Origin: Alphaproteobacteria bacterium
Lineage (GTDB): Bacteria > Pseudomonadota > Alphaproteobacteria > SP197
Length of the DNA: 64,000 bases
Direction: 5' to 3'
Assembly: GCA_965228895.1 (NCBI GenBank)
Contig: OZ245842.1
Coordinates: 1,344,001-1,408,000, forward strand
Shown: positions 59,700-64,000 of the stretch, one piece after another
How positions within the stretch are numbered: the stretch's first letter is position 1
Layout of the letters: every line of letters starts with the position of its first letter
Made by a program: the position numbers and the translations under genes
Notes under the pieces: generated by a model
Seen by the model: only the letters and a program-made list of their open reading frames with translations
What the model was told of the DNA's origin: nothing
Databases searched by the model: none

Positions 59700-60301
59700 G
59701 ACACCGTCCAGTTAGCGAGGATCTCATCGGTTGTGCCGATTTCGATCTGGTCTTCGAACCGGCGGTAGACATGATCCATCGTCGCCGCGTGGGACACGGG
59801 ATTGGAGCTGTGCACGGCGTCGGAAGGGATGATGACGCGGTAACCGTAGTCCATCGCATCCATCACGGTAGCGAGGACGCAGACATCGGTCTCGACGCCG
59901 GTACAAATGAGAGTTTGGCAGGACATGTCATCCAACATCGCGCGGAACGCCTCGGTCTTGAAGATGGAATAGGTCGGTTTATCGACGACCAGCGCGGGCG
60001 GCACGAAGTGGACGAGGTCGTCGACGACGTCGATCATTGCGCCATCCATCACCGCCGTCGTCACGCTGGTCCAGCGCTCGTAATAGGCACGCCAGTGGCC
60101 GGTGGCGTCGCCGGGATGTTCAGGGGTCGTGAAGCGCGTGAAGATAGAGCGTGACGGCGCATGCTCGGTCAGGCGCACGATCTGCGGCAGGATGTCGGCA
60201 ATCGACGGCGTATGCCAGACGGTCTCGTCGGCGAACAGACGCTGGATATCGATACAGACATGAACGGCATCAGGTCCGATGGGTTTGACCTCTTGCCTCA
60301 T
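59696..60301 (-). CDS. Isochorismatase-family cysteine hydrolase
   Basis: CIDIQ, DKPTYS, GVETDVCVLAT. Confidence 0.88.
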   Translation of the reverse strand: MRQEVKPIGPDAVHVCIDIQRLFADETVWHTPSIADILPQIVRLTEHAPSRSIFTRFTTPEHPGDATGHWRAYYERWTSVTTAVMDGAMIDVVDDLVHFVPPALVVDKPTYSIFKTEAFRAMLDDMSCQTLICTGVETDVCVLATVMDAMDYGYRVIIPSDAVHSSNPVSHAATMDHVYRRFEDQIEIGTTDEILANWTVS

Positions 60302-61353
60302 TCAACGACCACCGTGTGATCGGGCGACCAGGTCAGGCTGACGGTCTCGCCTGGTTGGAACAGGCTGGTTTCGCGGTTTTGCTGGAAGACGCGGAACTCC
60401 TGCGCACCGGCTTCGACCAGATAGGTGACGCTGCTGCCGGAATAGACGGCCTGGCGTACGGTGCCGGTCAGCGCGTTCATGGCGCCGGGCGCCGGATCGC
60501 CGGCGCTGACATGGAACTTCTCGGGCCTAACAGCAAGCGTCACCCCGGCGCCTGCTGCCGGCAGGGCGCCGCTCGTGCGAATGGTGCCGAACGGCGTTTC
60601 GCCGACCGCGCCGTCGCCGGCGCTCTTGCCTTCGATGAAGTTCGCATCGCCCAGGAAACTCGCGGCGAAGCGCGTTCGCGGGTGCTCATAGATATCATCG
60701 GGTTCGCCGACCTGGACCAGCTTGCCCTCGTTAATAATCGCGATCCGGTCAGCCAGAGTCAGCGCCTCTTCCTGATCGTGGGTGACGAAGATCGTCGTGA
60801 TGCCGACCTTCTGCTGGATTTGACGCAGTTCGATCTGCATGTCCTGGCGCAGACGTTTGTCGAGCGCGCCAAGGGGTTCGTCGAGCAACAGCACCTTGGG
60901 ATCGGTAACCAAGGCGCGGGCCAACGCGATGCGCTGCTGCTGGCCGCCGGACAATTGACGTGGCTTGCGCTCCTCCATGCCGGCGAGCTGGACTAGTTCC
61001 AGCATTTGGCGCACGCGATCGGCGATCTCGCTCTTGGAGACACCGCGCACCGACAAACCGAACGCGACGTTGTCGAACACCGTCATGTGCGGGAACAATG
61101 CATAGTTCTGGAACACCATGCCGATATTGCGCCGGTGCGCGGGAATATGTTCGACCGACACGCCGTCGATGGTGATCTCGCCACTGTCTTGTTCCACGAA
61201 CCCGGCGATCGCGCGCAGCAGGGTCGTCTTGCCGCTGCCGCTGGGTCCCAGAAGGGCGTAGAACGAGCCGTCGGGGAAGTTCAGTGACACATCGTCAAGC
61301 GCCGCGACGTCGCCATAGAACTTGTTGACGTGTTTCGCTTCGACCGCGCTCAT
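60298..61353 (-). CDS. ABC transporter ATPase, PotA-like
   Basis: GPSGSGKT, FQNYALFPHM, LSGGQQQR, VTHDQEEA, TOBE tail. Confidence 0.95.
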   Translation of the reverse strand: MSAVEAKHVNKFYGDVAALDDVSLNFPDGSFYALLGPSGSGKTTLLRAIAGFVEQDSGEITIDGVSVEHIPAHRRNIGMVFQNYALFPHMTVFDNVAFGLSVRGVSKSEIADRVRQMLELVQLAGMEERKPRQLSGGQQQRIALARALVTDPKVLLLDEPLGALDKRLRQDMQIELRQIQQKVGITTIFVTHDQEEALTLADRIAIINEGKLVQVGEPDDIYEHPRTRFAASFLGDANFIEGKSAGDGAVGETPFGTIRTSGALPAAGAGVTLAVRPEKFHVSAGDPAPGAMNALTGTVRQAVYSGSSVTYLVEAGAQEFRVFQQNRETSLFQPGETVSLTWSPDHTVVVE

Positions 61354-62141
61354 CGTTCACCACCGAAGCGAGAAAAGCGGGCGAACAAGAGAAGCAGGCC
61401 CATCGAGAAAAAGATGACGATGGTCGAAATGGCGTTGACCTCCGGCGTGAAGCCCTTGCGGATCGCCGAATAGATCTCGACGGGCAAGGTCGAGACGCCG
61501 GGCGGCGCAAGAAAATAGGAAATGACGAACTGATCGAACGATACGGCAAACGCGAACAGCGACGCCGCGACGATGCCCGGCGCCATCAAAGGAACGCTTA
61601 CCCGCAGGAACCGTTGAAGCGGTGTCGCGCCCAGGCTGGCCGCGGCCTCTTCCAACTCCGGCCCGAAGCTGGCCAGCCGGGCGCCGACCACGACGATGAC
61701 ATAGGGCAGGGAGAGCGCGACATGACCGAGCAGCATCGCGTGCAGGCCGCGCCCGATACCGGTCCAGAAGAACATGATCAGCATCGACGTGCCGATGATG
61801 AGCCAGGGAATGGTGATCGGTGGAAACAGAAGCAGTTGCAGGATCGTGCGGCCGCGGAACCGGTAGCGGGCAAAGGCAAAGGCCGCCATCGTGCCCAGCG
61901 TCGTCGCAATCACCGTGTTGGCCAGCGCGACCCACAGGCTGTTGAGACCGGCCGTGATCAGCCGGTCGTTGCCGGCGAGCTCGCCATACCATTTGAAGGT
62001 GCCGCGTATCGGCAATTCGTAGAGCACGGATTCGTTGAAGCTCATCAGAGCCAACACAAAAATCGGCAGGTACAGGAAGATCAGCACCAGCACCAGGAAC
62101 GACCGGCCCACCCAGTCCCATGTCCGCGCCGTCACCCTCAT
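61350..62141 (-). CDS. ABC permease, PotC-like
   Basis: FLYLPI, EEAAASLGA loop, TLPVEIY, PEVNAIST. Confidence 0.93.
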   Translation of the reverse strand: MRVTARTWDWVGRSFLVLVLIFLYLPIFVLALMSFNESVLYELPIRGTFKWYGELAGNDRLITAGLNSLWVALANTVIATTLGTMAAFAFARYRFRGRTILQLLLFPPITIPWLIIGTSMLIMFFWTGIGRGLHAMLLGHVALSLPYVIVVVGARLASFGPELEEAAASLGATPLQRFLRVSVPLMAPGIVAASLFAFAVSFDQFVISYFLAPPGVSTLPVEIYSAIRKGFTPEVNAISTIVIFFSMGLLLLFARFSRFGGER

Positions 62142-63001
62142 GCCGCCCTCAGATTGTTGCGCAGGAGCGGGTAGGAGACGCCCAGAATGATCAGGACGAT
62201 GGCGAGCAGCACGAAGGAGAGCGCCGCGCCCAGGGGCCAGTTGAAGACGACCGTGAACTGGTCTTCGATCACCGTGCCCAGCATGGTGCCCTGACGCCCG
62301 CCCAGGATGCGCGGTTCGAAGAACGAGCCGATCACCGGCACGAAGATCAGGATGGCGCCTGCCGCCAGCCCCGGTACGGCGAGCGGCAGGATGATGCGCC
62401 GCAGGATCGTGAAGGCGGACGCGCCGAGACTGCGCGCGGCCTCGATCAAGCTGTCGTCGATCGCCTGCAGCGACAAATAGCAGGTCAGAATCATATAGGG
62501 CAGGTAGGAGTGGACCAGGCCGATGATGATGGCGTTATAGGAATCGGCGAGGTCCAGCACCGGCAAGCCGGGCGCGACAATATGAATGGCGCTGTCGAGG
62601 ATGCCCTCCGGCCTCAGGACGATCGTCCACGAGAACACGCGCACCAGCGCGTTGCTCCAGAACGGCAGCACGACCAGAAGAAACAGCGCCTCGCGCCAGC
62701 GCCCGGGGACCCGCTTGGCGAGCACATAGGCGGTCGGAAAGCCGATCAGAATGCAGATAAGCGTGACGTGGAAACCCATCTTCAAGCTGCGCCACGTCAG
62801 ATCGTGCAGATAGGCCTTTTCGAAGAACGCGCCGTAGTTTTCCAGCGTCAGTTCAGGTTGCCGGTTGCCGAATGGGGCGTCCGTCAAGAAGCTGAAATAG
62901 AGCATGGCCGAGAGCGGCAAAAAAATGGTCAGCGTCAACCACAGATAGGCGGGCGCGGTCAGTCCGAAGACGGCCCAACGTCGACGCGTATCAACTCTCA
63001 C
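62138..63001 (-). CDS. ABC permease, PotB-like
   Basis: LPFWSN.LVR, YLPYMIL, EAARSLGA, NWPLGAALS. Confidence 0.93.
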   Translation of the reverse strand: MRVDTRRRWAVFGLTAPAYLWLTLTIFLPLSAMLYFSFLTDAPFGNRQPELTLENYGAFFEKAYLHDLTWRSLKMGFHVTLICILIGFPTAYVLAKRVPGRWREALFLLVVLPFWSNALVRVFSWTIVLRPEGILDSAIHIVAPGLPVLDLADSYNAIIIGLVHSYLPYMILTCYLSLQAIDDSLIEAARSLGASAFTILRRIILPLAVPGLAAGAILIFVPVIGSFFEPRILGGRQGTMLGTVIEDQFTVVFNWPLGAALSFVLLAIVLIILGVSYPLLRNNLRAA

Positions 63002-63039
63002 GTTCTCGCCGCCCCCTCAGCGCATCAAGAAGAGAAGGG

Positions 63040-63075
63040 GGGAGAGGGCGCAGCCCCTGGGCGCCACCCTCTCCC
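63040..63075. other. Intergenic stem-loop after the substrate-binding protein gene
   Basis: GGGAGAGGG...CCCTCTCCC with inner GCGC pairing; usual position of an mRNA-stabilising hairpin. Confidence 0.5.
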
Positions 63076-63087
63076 TCGTCACCGCCC

Positions 63088-64000
63088 TTACTCGGCGTAG
63101 TAGGCCTTGGTCTCCTGCCACAGCTCCAGGAACTCTTCACGCTTGCCGTCGCTCAGTGGCGCCATGAACTGAAGGTTCTTCGTCGCTTCGGGGTCGCCCA
63201 GAACTTGTCGGTTGAAAGCGTCTTCCGGCAATTGGTTCATCGCAACGCCGTTGGCGGAGGCGGGCGCGCCGACTTCCGTATCCCAACGCACGTAGTGCTC
63301 CGGGCTCACCATGAAATCGATGAACGCATAGGCGCCGTCCGGGTTGGGTGCGTCGGTCGCGATCGACAAACCGTCAAGCCAGCTGATCGCACCTTCCTGC
63401 GGGATCAGAAATCCGATCGGCAGACCGAACGCCTTGGCGCTGCGCGAGGCCGAGCCCGACCAATAGATAGCAACGTCAAACGAGTCGGCGCTGAACTCCT
63501 TGTTCCACTCGTCTTCGGATGACCAGAAAGTCCGAATCTGCGGCTTAAGCTCACGCAGCTTCTCGCGAATAGCGTCCATATCCTGAGGATCGTTCATGTT
63601 CTGACCGGTCGCGAGTGCCGCCAGATAGACGTTCTCCACCGCATCGTCGCGGATGCCGACACGACCGGCATAGGCGGGATCCCAGAGAATATCGATTGTG
63701 TTGCCCGGCTCGACCTCGTCCGTGTCATAGGCGATCGACGTGACGCCCCACGTCCAGGCGATACCATAAAGCTCGCCGTCATAGGTGAACTCGGTCGCGT
63801 CGCGCAGGCCCGGCGACAGATCGGCAAAGTTGCTGATCTTCGAGGAATCCATCGGCTGAATAAGCCCTTCTTCGGCCGCCTGCTGGGTGAACGCGCTGTT
63901 GATCAGCACGACGTCATAGGCACCGGGGCTGGTCCGCAACTTGGTCAGCATCTCCTGTTCGGAGTTGAAGTTGTCGTGGACGACCGTAAAGCCGGTCTGC
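63088..64000 (-). CDS. ABC substrate-binding protein, PotD-like (5' end outside window)
   Basis: FNSEQEMLTKL..YDVV, WGVTSIAYD, IYWSG, PQEGAISWLD; frame open to the window edge. Confidence 0.9.
   Translation of the reverse strand, partial: QTGFTVVHDNFNSEQEMLTKLRTSPGAYDVVLINSAFTQQAAEEGLIQPMDSSKISNFADLSPGLRDATEFTYDGELYGIAWTWGVTSIAYDTDEVEPGNTIDILWDPAYAGRVGIRDDAVENVYLAALATGQNMNDPQDMDAIREKLRELKPQIRTFWSSEDEWNKEFSADSFDVAIYWSGSASRSAKAFGLPIGFLIPQEGAISWLDGLSIATDAPNPDGAYAFIDFMVSPEHYVRWDTEVGAPASANGVAMNQLPEDAFNRQVLGDPEATKNLQFMAPLSDGKREEFLELWQETKAYYAE

Overview
This is a 64 kb, GC-rich bacterial chromosome segment whose gene content looks alphaproteobacterial. It is densely coding, and I found no rRNA, tRNA, CRISPR array, transposase or integrase. 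Most genes are catabolic: six SDRs, a pim-like beta-oxidation cluster, two flavin/Fe-S oxidoreductases (one TMADH-like), methionine gamma-lyase, and a PotABCD-type ABC operon linked to a cysteine hydrolase, a GH63-like hydrolase, a MmgE/PrpD protein and a ThDP enzyme. The standout is a five-gene co-oriented locus at 7905-15321. It encodes a class III nucleotide cyclase-STAND ATPase-TPR protein, a 266-aa putative RiPP precursor, a YcaO-TfuA pair (backbone thioamidation machinery) and a Crp-family cNMP-binding regulator. The precursor has a 52-aa leader followed by 15 copies of D[H/S/Y]ASSRLAI[D/E]P(G), arranged as five triplets. A perfect CRP box (TGTGA-N6-TCACA) sits upstream of the precursor with class II promoter geometry. 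Together these suggest a cyclic-nucleotide-controlled, multi-core thioamitide system with no local protease or exporter. Smaller oddities include an ECF sigma fused to its anti-sigma N-domain and a TM helix, a twin-hairpin miniature element inserted at a stop codon, two genes lacking canonical starts, and an ABC-F leader ORF. All function calls come from motif recognition by eye; no database search was run.
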